64,000 bases of DNA from Candidatus Latescibacterota bacterium (GCA_965215195.1 CBDCDC010000001.1:1056001-1120000); one strand, 5' to 3'; positions 51,273 through 61,438 are shown, counted from the stretch's first letter. Notes: generated by a model from the letters alone, not told the origin. Made by a program: numbers and translations.

Positions 51273-52352
51273 ATGTCCCAAACCGAATGCGCCGTCCAAG
51301 TCGCGTCCCTGATCGACTGCGACGTCCACAACTACCCAAATTCCATCGACGACCTCATGCCCTTTTTGTCGGCTCGCTGGCAGGCGTACGTGCGGCAATC
51401 CGGGTTTAGCGGCCCGCCCGGGCCGATCTATCCCAAGGGGTTTGCCCAGGCTGCGCGGCGCGATGCTTGGCCGCCTTCGGGCCTAAAGCCGGGCGGCGAT
51501 CCGGATTTTGCGCGCACCCAGTTGCTCGACGCTTGGGGCATTGACGTGGCCGTGCTCAACCCGCTCTACGGCATGACGGCCCTGCACAACCTCGACTTTG
51601 CCAACGCCCTGATGCGGGCGGTCAACGAGTGGACCGCGCACGCTTGGCTCGACTGCGACCCGCGCTGGCGCGGCTCAATTGTGGTCAATGCCAGCGACCC
51701 GGCGCAGGCGGCCGCGGAAATCAAGCGGGCCGCGGCGGATCCGCGCTTTGTGCAGGTGTTGCTGTTGGTGCGGTCGAGCGCGCCGTATGGCAAGCGGCAG
51801 TTCCGGCCGATTTTTGCCGCGGCCTGCGAGGTCGGCCGGCCGGTGGGGATCCACTTCGGCGGCAGCGGCCAGCCCATCACGGCCTGCGGCTGGCCTTCCT
51901 ATTACATCGAAGATCACACGGCCATGTCGCAAGCCTTTGAGGCTCAGGTCATCAGCCTTGTTTGCGAAGGAGTGTTCTGCGAGTTCCCCAAGCTGCGCGT
52001 CGCACTTGTCGAGGGGGGATTCGCGTGGTTGCCCGGGCTGATGTGGCGGCTGGACAAAAACTACCGGGGCTTGCGCAGTGAGGTGCCGTGGCTGAAGAAG
52101 CGGCCCAGCGAATACATCCGCGAGCACTTCCGCGCCACGACCCAACCCATGGAAGAGCCAGACGACCCCCAGCACTTGTTGCACATCATCGACATGATCG
52201 GCTGCGAGGATTTCCTGATGTTCGCTACGGATTATCCGCATTGGGACTTTGACTCGCCGGCCCGCGCCCTGCCGCCGGCGATTGACGACGCGCTGCGCCG
52301 GGGCATTACGGTCGATAATGCCGAGGCATTTTATGGGTTTGCAGCGCGTTGA
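51273..52352 (+). CDS. Amidohydrolase 2 family protein
   Basis: [25 protein letters not shown]. Confidence 0.9.
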   Translation: MSQTECAVQVASLIDCDVHNYPNSIDDLMPFLSARWQAYVRQSGFSGPPGPIYPKGFAQAARRDAWPPSGLKPGGDPDFARTQLLDAWGIDVAVLNPLYGMTALHNLDFANALMRAVNEWTAHAWLDCDPRWRGSIVVNASDPAQAAAEIKRAAADPRFVQVLLLVRSSAPYGKRQFRPIFAAACEVGRPVGIHFGGSGQPITACGWPSYYIEDHTAMSQAFEAQVISLVCEGVFCEFPKLRVALVEGGFAWLPGLMWRLDKNYRGLRSEVPWLKKRPSEYIREHFRATTQPMEEPDDPQHLLHIIDMIGCEDFLMFATDYPHWDFDSPARALPPAIDDALRRGITVDNAEAFYGFAAR

Positions 52353-52698
52353 CATAGGGCCGGTCGCGGCCTTTGCCGAGGGCGAGGTGCGCCGGGTTGA
52401 GGTCGCGGGACGCGGCTTGGCCATCGTGCGGCAGGGGGATGCTTGGTACGCGCTGCGCGATGTCTGTCCGCACCAAGGGGCGCGTCTGTCGGACGGACGG
52501 GTTGGGGGTACGGCCTTGGCGCGGCGTCCGGGGGACGAGATCGTCTGGGGCCGCACGGGCGAGATCTTGAGCTGCCCGTGGCACGGCTGGGAATACGACG
52601 TGCGCACGGGCCGCTCGCTGTGCGAGCCCGAGAAGGTGCGGGTGCGGACCTATGGGGTGTGGGTGGAGGATGGGCGGGTGGTGGTGGAGTTGGGCTAG
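52333..52698 (+). CDS. Rieske [2Fe-2S] ferredoxin
   Basis: CPHQG and [11 protein letters not shown] motifs. Confidence 0.92.
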   Translation: MGLQRVDIGPVAAFAEGEVRRVEVAGRGLAIVRQGDAWYALRDVCPHQGARLSDGRVGGTALARRPGDEIVWGRTGEILSCPWHGWEYDVRTGRSLCEPEKVRVRTYGVWVEDGRVVVELG

Positions 52699-52749
52699 GC
52701 GGGGATGGGGTGACGAGCGTCGTGGACGCCAACCTTGGCAAGCTACCTT

Positions 52750-54207
52750 TTAGAGATCAGCCGAGCGCCAGTTGCGCAGTCCGGCTACCAAACACTCTTC
52801 GAGCCAAACGCGGAACCGCTCTTCTACGGACTCTAGGTCTTCCCGATAGTTGATCTGAAACAGGCTGCGCGAAAGCACCTTGGCCGGACTCGTCTCCCGT
52901 TCTTCGCGGTCCGTCTGAACTCGCTGAAAGAATACCGCCGAACAGGCGAGTACCCCACGGAATTCGCGTCCGACTCCGTGGAAGGAAAGCAGAATCTGGC
53001 TCTGGTTCGCATTGTGGATGACGAGACGCACCCAAGCGCGGTAGGACTCCAGATTGGCGAAGTAGTCGAGCACCTGTGCTCCGGTCGCGATTTGCTGCCG
53101 GAAATAGTGGCTGCGTTCGCCGTGGTCGGATTCTCCATCGACAAATACGTGAACTTGGTCGAGAACGGCTCCCATGTCGGTCTCGATTGCCGCCCTCAGT
53201 TCGTTCATCCGCGTCTCGGCACCCTGCCGCAGATGTTCCGCCTGATCCTTGACAGTGTTCCATTCACCCGCGAGGGCATCGCGACGATGCTCCAATTCTC
53301 GGCGCGTGGCGCGGATCAAATCCTCGGCGCGGAAGTCCTTCTCAACTTCGCGGGACAAACCAAGTGCCCGCACGAACTCGTATTTCTGGATTTCGGAAAA
53401 AAAGCCGACAAGTGGGTTTAGATTGCCGCGATCCGCTGCTTCCAAGGCGTCCAAATAGTCGCCTTTCGCCTTGCTCCGCACGACCAGAGGAAATCGGTGT
53501 GCCTTGACGAGAACGAGCGTGGCAAGTGCTCTCGCTATCCGGCCATTGCCATCCTGAAACGGATGGATCTGCGTGAAGCGATGGTGGAGCCAAGCGGCCT
53601 CGACTTCGGGAGCGATCTTTTCGTGGGCTCGGTGCATTTCGATCAGCCGGTCCATCTCGGAAGCGACCTGCTCTGGTGGACAGTACTCGTGGATTGCACC
53701 GCTGCGGCCGGTCGGATTGTTGGGTCGTTTCTTGTAGTCGCCGCGTAGCAGGGGAATCCGAACCCGTTTCCCGAGACGGTCCCTTCCCTCTGCTGTCTCT
53801 TGATTCTGCGTCAGCAGTTGGTGAAGCTCCTTGATGTAACTCGTGGAGAGTGTGCGCTCGTCCTTGACGAAGGCGAATACATACTCGATAGCCGTCTCGT
53901 GATCCTGAATCATGGAAGCAATTCGTTCCGGGTCGTCGCCGGAACCGTGAGGGATTAACGTCGCGTCAATGCCGCGCTCAATCAGGAGTTCTGTGACTCC
54001 GCGGTCGAAGTCGTACACCCGTTCTATTAATCCGGTCTCGACCGCCCATTCCCGGTGCAGTTTCCGGTTAAACTCGGACAGTGCCTCCGAGTCTTCTAGC
54101 CGGCTGCGCTCTGTTTCCCATACCGCAGCGAGAGAATTGAGTTCCTTCTGCGCCAAGGCAGCCGGGTCGTTCTCATAGTCGAGGATCGGCGTCCACTTCC
54201 TCGCCAT
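52750..54207 (-). CDS. Fic family protein with C-terminal extension
   Basis: HPFQDGNGRIAR motif. Confidence 0.92.
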   Translation of the reverse strand: MARKWTPILDYENDPAALAQKELNSLAAVWETERSRLEDSEALSEFNRKLHREWAVETGLIERVYDFDRGVTELLIERGIDATLIPHGSGDDPERIASMIQDHETAIEYVFAFVKDERTLSTSYIKELHQLLTQNQETAEGRDRLGKRVRIPLLRGDYKKRPNNPTGRSGAIHEYCPPEQVASEMDRLIEMHRAHEKIAPEVEAAWLHHRFTQIHPFQDGNGRIARALATLVLVKAHRFPLVVRSKAKGDYLDALEAADRGNLNPLVGFFSEIQKYEFVRALGLSREVEKDFRAEDLIRATRRELEHRRDALAGEWNTVKDQAEHLRQGAETRMNELRAAIETDMGAVLDQVHVFVDGESDHGERSHYFRQQIATGAQVLDYFANLESYRAWVRLVIHNANQSQILLSFHGVGREFRGVLACSAVFFQRVQTDREERETSPAKVLSRSLFQINYREDLESVEERFRVWLEECLVAGLRNWRSADL

Positions 54208-54222
54208 GACTTCGTCCGTCGG

Positions 54223-55212
54223 TTAGGCTCTCGGCACCGGGATGGACACCGGCGCGTTGCCCTGTTTCTGCGATTCTAAAAACCCAATAATCAGCTCTAC
54301 TACAGTATGCCCGGCTCGGCCCGGCGACACCGACTCGACGCCTTGATCCATGGCGGAGATCAGCTCGTGGATGCCGGCGGGGATGCCCTCGACCGGCCAA
54401 GTCGGCGGCGCGAGGGGTTCGGGCTCTTCGCCGCGATATAGGGTACCGCTGTCGCTGCCGAGCAGTACTCTCCCGGTGGTGCCGACCACTTCGAGTTGCT
54501 GCTTGGGCGGCGGCGTGGTCTTAGAGCCGCCGATGTAGAAGCCCCGCACACCCCCAGAGAAGTGAATGTACCCGTTGGCCCCCGGCTCGGTGGCCGGCAC
54601 GTGGCCGCCGTCGCCGCGGTACTCGGCGTAGTCTGCGTATCCTTCCTCCAGCTCGGCCACCACCCACTGGGGCTGTGTGCCCGCGTAGTAGCACATAGCG
54701 TCGAGGGTGTGGGTGCCGTTGCGGAAGAGCATGGCGCGGGGGCCGGAGAGTGCGCCGACGACGTATTGCACCGGGCCGATGACGCCGCGATCGACGATCT
54801 CTTCTTTGGCGTACCGCCACAGGGGCATGAAGCGCCGGGTGTGATCGACCGACAGGGTGGTGTTGTTGGCGTCGCAAGCGGCGATCATGCGGTCGGCGTC
54901 GGCGAGGTTGGTGGCCAGCGGTTTTTCGCAGAAGATGCCCTTGGCCCCGGCATTGGCCGCATCCACGACTAAGTCGGCGTGGCGGTGATCCGAGGTGGCA
55001 ACGGTGGCGATGTCCAGCGACTCGCGGGCGAGCATCTCGCGGTGATCGCGGTACAAGGCAAGGCTCAGGTCCGGCCAGCGTTGCTCAAACTCGCGCAGGG
55101 TCGCTTCGTCGAGATCGCAAGCCGCCACGAGGCGGGCGCGGTCCGACCCGACAATTCCGGTGGCGTGGGCCGCGCCAATGCCGCGGCAGCCAATGACTCC
55201 AGCTCTATACAT
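54223..55212 (-). CDS. Gfo/Idh/MocA oxidoreductase
   Basis: GVIGCRGIG, IFCEKPLA, NGTHTLD. Confidence 0.9.
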   Translation of the reverse strand: MYRAGVIGCRGIGAAHATGIVGSDRARLVAACDLDEATLREFEQRWPDLSLALYRDHREMLARESLDIATVATSDHRHADLVVDAANAGAKGIFCEKPLATNLADADRMIAACDANNTTLSVDHTRRFMPLWRYAKEEIVDRGVIGPVQYVVGALSGPRAMLFRNGTHTLDAMCYYAGTQPQWVVAELEEGYADYAEYRGDGGHVPATEPGANGYIHFSGGVRGFYIGGSKTTPPPKQQLEVVGTTGRVLLGSDSGTLYRGEEPEPLAPPTWPVEGIPAGIHELISAMDQGVESVSPGRAGHTVVELIIGFLESQKQGNAPVSIPVPRA

Positions 55213-55255
55213 GCTGTGCTCCTTTCGTTGAGAAATTTTGTAAACCCCGAATGGG

Positions 55256-56314
55256 TCAATGACCCTTGAGCCATCCCCACGTCGTCTCGACCACGGCCGT
55301 TGCAGGCGTCCACTGCGCGGCGCGCTGCATGAAAATGGTTGGATCGGTGCGCCAATCGCCGTAGCCAAGGCGTTGGTCGTCGGTGAGATAGTTGAGCTTG
55401 TCGTCTATGCAGGCCGCTAGGTCGGCGTCCCCTACGGAGAGCGTGAACCCGCCCTGCTCGGTGGCCGCGTCGAGAGCCACGACCGCAAACGCGCCGTTGG
55501 AAGCGTGGCTTGCGTCGCGGTTGCCGATTTCGCCGCGGGCTAGAGCGTCGATGGTTCCATTGCCGAGGGCTTCTAGCAGCTCCACCTCGCCGGCCTCTTG
55601 CCCTAGGTAAATCACTTGCGGCATGTTGGCGTCAGGTGGCTCCAGCCGCAGGCGCCCTTTGAGATTGGACGACGCGCCGGCTGCGGTGATGGTGTAATCG
55701 GCTGTGCCATCGGCCACGAGCTCGCCCTCGGCCATCTCGATGCGCGTACCAGCCGCGAGTACGCCGTTGGCATCGACTAAGCCGGTCAGCTCCAGCAGGC
55801 GGAACTCGCCCGTGGTGCTACTCAGTGCGCCCACCCGATCTTGGCTAGTCAAGTCGCTGTGGCTGACAAGGCGCTCGGCGTCTTCGGCCCGCACCAGCAG
55901 CGATTGGCGAAAGGCAATGTGGCCGGACGTGAAGTGTACGAGGTGTTCGCCGGCCGCATTGCGGGTGCGGGAGTCGAGGATGGTGATGCCGCCGCCGACT
56001 AGGTCGTACTCCGGCCCGGCCGATTGGAGCCATATATCGGGCCACTCGGCGATGCCGCTGCGTTGAAAGGACAGGCCCACGCCGTCCATGGCCTCTAGGG
56101 CGGTCAATAGATCCGCTTCGTATCCGAGATGTTCGTCGAATCCGGCCGTCCCCGGAGCGGGGTCTGCGCTGTAGCTGACCGGCGCGAAAAAGGCGTAGAA
56201 CCCGACTTGGAGCATCTGGCCGTCGCTCGTACAAGCCGGGTCGCTGGACGACGCGCTCGCCGTTAGAAAGAGGGACAAGGATGCGAGAGATGCGTAGGAG
56301 AAGGATGAGGGCAT
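55256..56314 (-). CDS. Family 3 substrate-binding protein with a C-terminal TWG tail
   Basis: VGFYAFFAPVSY, GYEADLL, YDLVGGGITILDSR, VGAL.STTGE; ends TAVVETTWGWLKGH. Confidence 0.8.
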   Translation of the reverse strand: MPSSFSYASLASLSLFLTASASSSDPACTSDGQMLQVGFYAFFAPVSYSADPAPGTAGFDEHLGYEADLLTALEAMDGVGLSFQRSGIAEWPDIWLQSAGPEYDLVGGGITILDSRTRNAAGEHLVHFTSGHIAFRQSLLVRAEDAERLVSHSDLTSQDRVGALSSTTGEFRLLELTGLVDANGVLAAGTRIEMAEGELVADGTADYTITAAGASSNLKGRLRLEPPDANMPQVIYLGQEAGEVELLEALGNGTIDALARGEIGNRDASHASNGAFAVVALDAATEQGGFTLSVGDADLAACIDDKLNYLTDDQRLGYGDWRTDPTIFMQRAAQWTPATAVVETTWGWLKGH

Positions 56315-56342
56315 GTGGACTCTCGTTTTGGGGTGGCAAGGG

Positions 56343-56371
56343 AATATGGGGAGGGGGAAGGGTGGGGGCAA
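56343..56371 (-). promoter_or_regulatory. Candidate promoter of the substrate-binding protein gene
   Basis: TTGCCC-N17-CATATT on the minus strand. Confidence 0.5.
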
Positions 56372-56398
56372 ATTTTTTGGGGAGGGGAATAGGAAATG

Positions 56399-57213
56399 TT
56401 ACGCACCCTCTTCGAGCCCCCGCGGGGTCAGCGAGCCCGTCAGGGCGGCGAGCTGGTTGGGGGTAAGCCCCGCCTCGAGGCGGAGGAGGGCCCCCCGTCT
56501 CCCACGAGCCGAGGAACCGCGGACGCTGCGCCATGTCGGGCAGGGGCACCCCTACGCAGATGGCGGCCGACCGCCGCAGCGCGGCGGAGAGGTGCTCGGG
56601 ATCGGGGGTGAGCAAGAAGACCCGGGAGGTCTCGCGGCCCAAGCCAAACAGCAGGTCGGACCCGGCCCACTCACACAGCTAGTTGAGGAGGGGCCGCTCG
56701 GCTGGCAGGGGCGGGTCCGCCTTCGGCAGGATCAGGTCGGCCCGCTTGACGATGAGCGTGAGGGGGGGGCCGCACCCCTTGGGTGGCCGCCGCGAAGTAC
56801 CGCCCCACCTGCCCCAAGGCGACCGCCGGGTCGCGGAGCAGGTCTTGGGGGTTGACCCCCAGCGGCGGCGGCGGCGGCGGGCCCTGACAGCGGTCAAACA
56901 CGGCCTGCCCCTCCTTGGAGCTAAAGCGCAGCCCCCGCGTCAGGTCGAAGGTGGCCACCCGCCGCCGCTCGGCGAGGGTCTCGCGGCTGACCTCCGGCGG
57001 GGAAAGCGGGGGAAGCGGGGGGTCCTCGCCCTCGGCCAGGTCCATGACCAAGGCCTCGGCCTCGGTGCGCCGGATCAAGAACGCGGGGAGGTCCTCGCCG
57101 GGGTTCTAGGGGTAGTCGCCTATGTTACCGTGGAGGATGAACACGGTCGCCTGCTGGGTCCGCAGCATGCCGCAGACGGTCTCGTCATACCACGACAGGG
57201 GGAGGAGGCTCAT
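56399..57213 (-). pseudogene. Degraded N-terminal part of an AAA ATPase
   Basis: FILHGNIGD, FDLTRGLRF, LTLIVKRADLILP, VPLPD..QR, LAALTGSL across two TAG stops and two homopolymer frameshifts; no Walker A domain. Confidence 0.6.
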
Positions 57214-57446
57214 CCGAAGGAATCCTCGCCTAGGATGACAGCAGAAACAGACGGCTGGTCCTTGGTCTCTTCGTCGTCGGCGTTGTAGGGGATATAGAGG
57301 TTGGGGGTGTTGGGGTCGGCTTGGACATCGCAGGCCACGACGGAGTCCTCGAACAGCCGCCAGTAGCCCACCGAGCTGTCGGTCAGCACGAGGGCCTCGG
57401 GATCACAGTGGGCCGTGAGGCGGTCACACAGTTGCTTGACGGTCAT
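57210..57446 (-). CDS. Small phage-like hypothetical protein
   Basis: AAGGAG RBS; MTVKQLCDRL...DPEALV; ATGA coupling to the next gene. Confidence 0.6.
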   Translation of the reverse strand: MTVKQLCDRLTAHCDPEALVLTDSSVGYWRLFEDSVVACDVQADPNTPNLYIPYNADDEETKDQPSVSAVILGEDSFG

Positions 57447-57532
57447 ACGCTACGAATCTCCTTTCTAGGGGACGATAGGGGGGGCAGCGAGCTCGCCGCC
57501 CTCTCTATGCTTGAGGGTCAGACCGGACCGCG

Positions 57533-58837
57533 CTATTGGCAAAAGGGCAAGTCCCCTCGGCTCAGTTGAGGCACGTTTTTCAACGCTGCGGGTATGCACC
57601 CACTCAACTGATTATTTTCGAGAGATAGCCGTTCTAGGTAGGTCAGTTGGCCTAATTCAGGCGGGATAGAACCACTCAACTGATTACTGTTGAGAGATAG
57701 CCGTTCTAGGTAGGTCAGTTGGCCTAAGGCAGATGGGATAGAACCACTCAACTGATTACCGTTGAGAGATAGCCATTCTAGGTAGGTCAGTTGGCCTAAG
57801 GCAGATGGGATAGAACCACTCAACTGATTACCGTTGAGAGATAGCCATTCTAGGTAGGTCAGTTGGCCTAATTCAGGCGGGATAGAACCACTCAACCGAT
57901 TAATGCCGAGATCTAGCCATTCTAGGTAGGTCAGTTGGCCTAAGGCAGATGGGATAGAACCACTCAACTGATTATTGTGGAGAGCTAGTTCTCTTAGGTA
58001 GGTCAGTTGGCCTAATTCGGGCGGGATAGAACCACTCAACAACCGATTATTGCCAAGCCATAGCCATTTTAGGTAGGTCAGTTGACCTAAGGCAGGCGGG
58101 ATGGAACCACTCAACCGATTCTGGCCGAGATATAGCTTTTCTAGGTAGGTCAGTTGGCCTAAGGCAGATGGGATAGAACCACTCAACCGATTATCGTTGA
58201 GAGACAGGCTGGTAACGCGCCCGTTTGCATTGGTTCTTACTCCCTCCCAAGCAGACAACGGCGCGTCGCTTAACCAACCGTCTTTCCTTTTCCAGTGGTT
58301 GCCGCCTGTGGCCGAGAAAAGAGCCTCAAGCACGGCACGGTCTCCCTCAGGGGTTCCAGCGAGACGATCGAAGTTATCTGGGAGTGTCCCGTCCGGCTCT
58401 TCCGTCGGCGGCGACTCTTCCGCGGGCGGGGTCTCTTCCGTCGGCGGGGTCTCTTCCGCAGGCGGCATCTCCACGCCATCCGAACAGCCTATCAGCACAT
58501 CTGTCAAGTCAACCTGACCGTCTCCGTTACAATCGCCCTCCACAGCCTGAGCCGTGCCGTCCGGCTCTTCCGTCGGCGGGGTCTCTTCTGCAGGCGGTGT
58601 CTCTTCCGTCGGCGGCATCTCTTCTGTAGGCGGCGACTCTTCCGTCGGCGGTGCCTCTTCCGCAGGCGGCGACTCCACTCCATCCGAACAGCCTAACAGC
58701 GCGTCCGTCAAGTCAACCCGACCATCTCCATTACAATCGCCGACCGCGACCTTAGCCGCAGGGACACCCGAATCAACCGGATTGTCTGGATTGCTACAAG
58801 CCAACAACAAAAACGAGAACAGCAAAGAAAAACGCAT
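57533..58837 (-). CDS. Leucine-rich repeat lipoprotein with two dockerin/EF-like motifs and Pro/Glu linkers
   Basis: Lipobox LLAC; GDCNGDGxVDLTD x2; EExPPT repeats; N-cap DRAVL.ALF.ATGG..W; nine 24-aa plant-type LRRs (LxLxxNxLSGSIPxxLGQLTYL). Confidence 0.92.
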   Translation of the reverse strand: MRFSLLFSFLLLACSNPDNPVDSGVPAAKVAVGDCNGDGRVDLTDALLGCSDGVESPPAEEAPPTEESPPTEEMPPTEETPPAEETPPTEEPDGTAQAVEGDCNGDGQVDLTDVLIGCSDGVEMPPAEETPPTEETPPAEESPPTEEPDGTLPDNFDRLAGTPEGDRAVLEALFSATGGNHWKRKDGWLSDAPLSAWEGVRTNANGRVTSLSLNDNRLSGSIPSALGQLTYLEKLYLGQNRLSGSIPPALGQLTYLKWLWLGNNRLLSGSIPPELGQLTYLRELALHNNQLSGSIPSALGQLTYLEWLDLGINRLSGSIPPELGQLTYLEWLSLNGNQLSGSIPSALGQLTYLEWLSLNGNQLSGSIPSALGQLTYLERLSLNSNQLSGSIPPELGQLTYLERLSLENNQLSGCIPAALKNVPQLSRGDLPFCQ

Positions 58838-58875
58838 AAAAAACCATCCTTTCGTGATGGTGAAGGGGTAAGGGG

Positions 58876-58918
58876 CACAGTGGGCCGTGAGGCGGTCACA
58901 CCGTTCTTTGACGGTCAT
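58876..58918 (-). repeat. 43-nt direct repeat of the 5' end of the gene at 57446
   Basis: Matches 57404-57446 with 3 mismatches. Confidence 0.9.
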
Positions 58919-59052
58919 GGGGTCGCCTTTCGGGGTACAATGGGGATAGCATCCGGGTACAGGTAGTCGCTTGGCGGTGCTCAGGACGCGGCTTGAGGAG
59001 ATGCTTCGTGCGAAGTGCTTCACGCATCTCAAACCCAAGGAACGTCAGTCAA

Positions 59053-60396
59053 TCACTCCGCATAGGGAACGGTGCCTCGGGCATCTACTTGGTAGCCCCA
59101 GCGTTTGAGATAAGCTGGGCCGGGGAGGAAGAGGTCGTCGGCTGCGGCGAGGCGGCGCCTTAGGGCCGCGTCTAATTCGTCGAGCAAGCCCTGCTGGCCG
59201 GGCTGTCCCACGAGGTTGTCCTGTTGGAAGGGATCGGCCTCGTTGTCGTAGAGCAGCCACGGCCCCTCTAGGGCGCGTGCGTACGTGTGGCGGCGGGTGC
59301 GCAGGCCCCGGTACGACCGACCGCCGACGCCGGTCCACCACTGCCCAAAGGGATGGGGACACTGCAAGAGTGCGCTGCCGTCCGAGGGGTCTGGGCCGCC
59401 TTGCAGGTACGCGGAAAAGTCGATTCCTTCCACTGTGGAAGGAATCCGTAGGCCGCACAGGCCCAACAGGGTCGGCATGATGTCCGGCAGGTCGATGGGC
59501 GCGTCGAGCTGGCGACCGGCCGCGCCCATCCCGGGATAGCGCAGCAGGAACGGCACGCGGATGGACTCTTCGTAGGGCTTTTGCTTTTTGTCCATGCCCT
59601 GCGAGCCGAGCATGTCGCCGTGATCCGAGAAGAACAGAAAGACCGTTTCTCGTTCCAGCCCCTCCGCCTGCAAGGTCTGGAGCAACATGCCGACGCAGTC
59701 GTCGAGGGCCGTGCAATGGGCGTAGTACCCGGCGAGCCACTGCCGCGCCCGCTCGGCCCAGTCGGCTGGCACGTTGGGCCGCAGGGCGAGAGCGGCCGGA
59801 TCGTACAGGGCTTGGTACGCTGGCGGGGCCGTGTGATAGGGGGCGTGCGGCGGCCCCCACGACAGGACCAGCAAGAAGGGCTTGCGGCCGCGGTTGCGCA
59901 GGTACGTTTGGGCGTCGCGGGTTTGGGCCAAGGCGTCGTAGCCTTCCCACGCGAGTCGCTCGTCCGAGTCGCCGGCATAGTACGCGGAATGGTTGTAGCT
60001 GTGAGTGCATTCGAGCACCTTCCAGTACTCAAAGCCCTGCCGCCGCTCGGGCGGGATATAGCGGGAGCGGCCCCGGCCATTGACGTGCCACTTGCCGATA
60101 TAGGCCGTGTCGTAGCCGCCCGCGCCAAAAGCCTGCGCGAGGCTCGTGGCGTCTTGGCTCAGTTCCACGTCGTTGACAAAGACCCCGTGCGTGAGGGGGT
60201 ATTGACCGGTCAGGAGCGAGGCCCGCGCCGGCGAGCACACCGAGCAGCCAGACACCGCATGGGTGCAGTTGACGCTGCGGCGCGCCAGCGCGTCCAAATT
60301 GGGGGTTTGCACGTTGGGGTCGCCGGCGTAGCCGAAGGCTTGGGCACGCCATTGGTCGGCGAAGACGAGAACGACATTCGGCGGTTTGTTGGGCAT
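59053..60396 (-). CDS. Sulfatase
   Basis: PNVVLVFADQWR, CSPARASLLTG, GKWH, SDHG. Confidence 0.93.
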   Translation of the reverse strand: MPNKPPNVVLVFADQWRAQAFGYAGDPNVQTPNLDALARRSVNCTHAVSGCSVCSPARASLLTGQYPLTHGVFVNDVELSQDATSLAQAFGAGGYDTAYIGKWHVNGRGRSRYIPPERRQGFEYWKVLECTHSYNHSAYYAGDSDERLAWEGYDALAQTRDAQTYLRNRGRKPFLLVLSWGPPHAPYHTAPPAYQALYDPAALALRPNVPADWAERARQWLAGYYAHCTALDDCVGMLLQTLQAEGLERETVFLFFSDHGDMLGSQGMDKKQKPYEESIRVPFLLRYPGMGAAGRQLDAPIDLPDIMPTLLGLCGLRIPSTVEGIDFSAYLQGGPDPSDGSALLQCPHPFGQWWTGVGGRSYRGLRTRRHTYARALEGPWLLYDNEADPFQQDNLVGQPGQQGLLDELDAALRRRLAAADDLFLPGPAYLKRWGYQVDARGTVPYAE

Positions 60397-60429
60397 TGGG
60401 CATCTCCGCGGCTGGGATGAACAGCTTCC

Positions 60430-60490
60430 AATATCTTCGCGCCGGGGGGCGGCTGTCAATGTTGACCGGGTTCGACGCACGGGGTACTTT
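60430..60490. promoter_or_regulatory. Back-to-back divergent promoters
   Basis: Minus strand TTGACA-N18-GATATT; plus strand TTGACC-N17-TACTTT; the two -35 boxes form GTCAA-TG-TTGAC. Confidence 0.5.
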
Positions 60491-60573
60491 GGCCCCGCCT
60501 GAAGGTCTGGGTATATTGAAAATCGCTTTTGCAAGCTCCGGGATTTCGCCACCCTCGTCATTATAGCATAGCC

Positions 60574-61365
60574 ATGAACGACCTCGAAACGCTGCAGTAC
60601 CTATTCGACGTGCAGGGCTATCTGGTGCTCGAAAACGTCCTCGACCCCGAGCAAGTGGCCGCCCTCAACCACTTGCTCGACGCACACCTGCCGCCGGCAA
60701 AGGGCCACCGCTTTGGCACTGCACCGAGCGGCTCGGGCTTTTTGGACTGGGGGCAGCCCTTTATCGACCTGCTCGACCACCCTCAGATCATGCCCGTGCT
60801 GCGCTTCCGCTTGGGCGATTGCTTTCGCCTCGACCGGATCTACGGCTTGTGTTTGCGCTACGGCACGTCCAGAGGACCTTTGCACAGCGACTACGGCCCC
60901 ACGGCGCCCACGTCCGGGGCCCAGCCGGGCCAGTACCATCCCCTGCGCGACAACCAGATCCTCAACGGCTTTGTCGTGGCGACTTGGAACTTGACCGAGG
61001 CCGGCCCGGACTACGGCGGCTTTTGCTGCATTCCCGGCAGCCACAAGAGCCATTTCAAGCTGCCGCAGCCGATTGCCGACGCGCCCGAACAGGCCTCCTG
61101 CGTGATAACCCCCGCGGCCCCGGCCGGCTCGGTTACTTTGTTTACCGAAGCCCTGACCCACGGGACGACCGCTTGGCACGGGCGGCACCAGCGGCGCGCC
61201 TTGCTCTACAAATACTGCGTCTCGCAAATGGCTTGGACCAACAGGCGCGTGCAACCGCCAGCCGATCTGACTCGGCGGCAGCAACTCCTCTTTGGCGAGC
61301 CGGCCGATCCGCACCGCTTTTTCCCCTCGCTTTTTGAAGGCGTTGACGAGGGGACGAGTTCGTGA
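60574..61365 (+). CDS. PhyH family dioxygenase
   Basis: YLFDVQGYLV, LHSD, GGFCCIPGSHK, FTEALTHGT. Confidence 0.88.
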   Translation: MNDLETLQYLFDVQGYLVLENVLDPEQVAALNHLLDAHLPPAKGHRFGTAPSGSGFLDWGQPFIDLLDHPQIMPVLRFRLGDCFRLDRIYGLCLRYGTSRGPLHSDYGPTAPTSGAQPGQYHPLRDNQILNGFVVATWNLTEAGPDYGGFCCIPGSHKSHFKLPQPIADAPEQASCVITPAAPAGSVTLFTEALTHGTTAWHGRHQRRALLYKYCVSQMAWTNRRVQPPADLTRRQQLLFGEPADPHRFFPSLFEGVDEGTSS

Positions 61366-61438
61366 TGTCAATGCCCCCTTTTAACCGAACTGCAATTGAA
61401 GCACGGACCCTACACCTTTCGACGAGACGAGGTTCCCG

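Noticed and set aside
56331-56388. G-quadruplex-forming tract (also 47401-47433)
   Set aside because: Largely explained as a C-rich promoter spacer on the minus strand; no independent support.
57590-58205. CRISPR array (constant blocks alternating with variable blocks)
   Set aside because: The period is 72 nt, in frame, and encodes LRRs; no cas genes.
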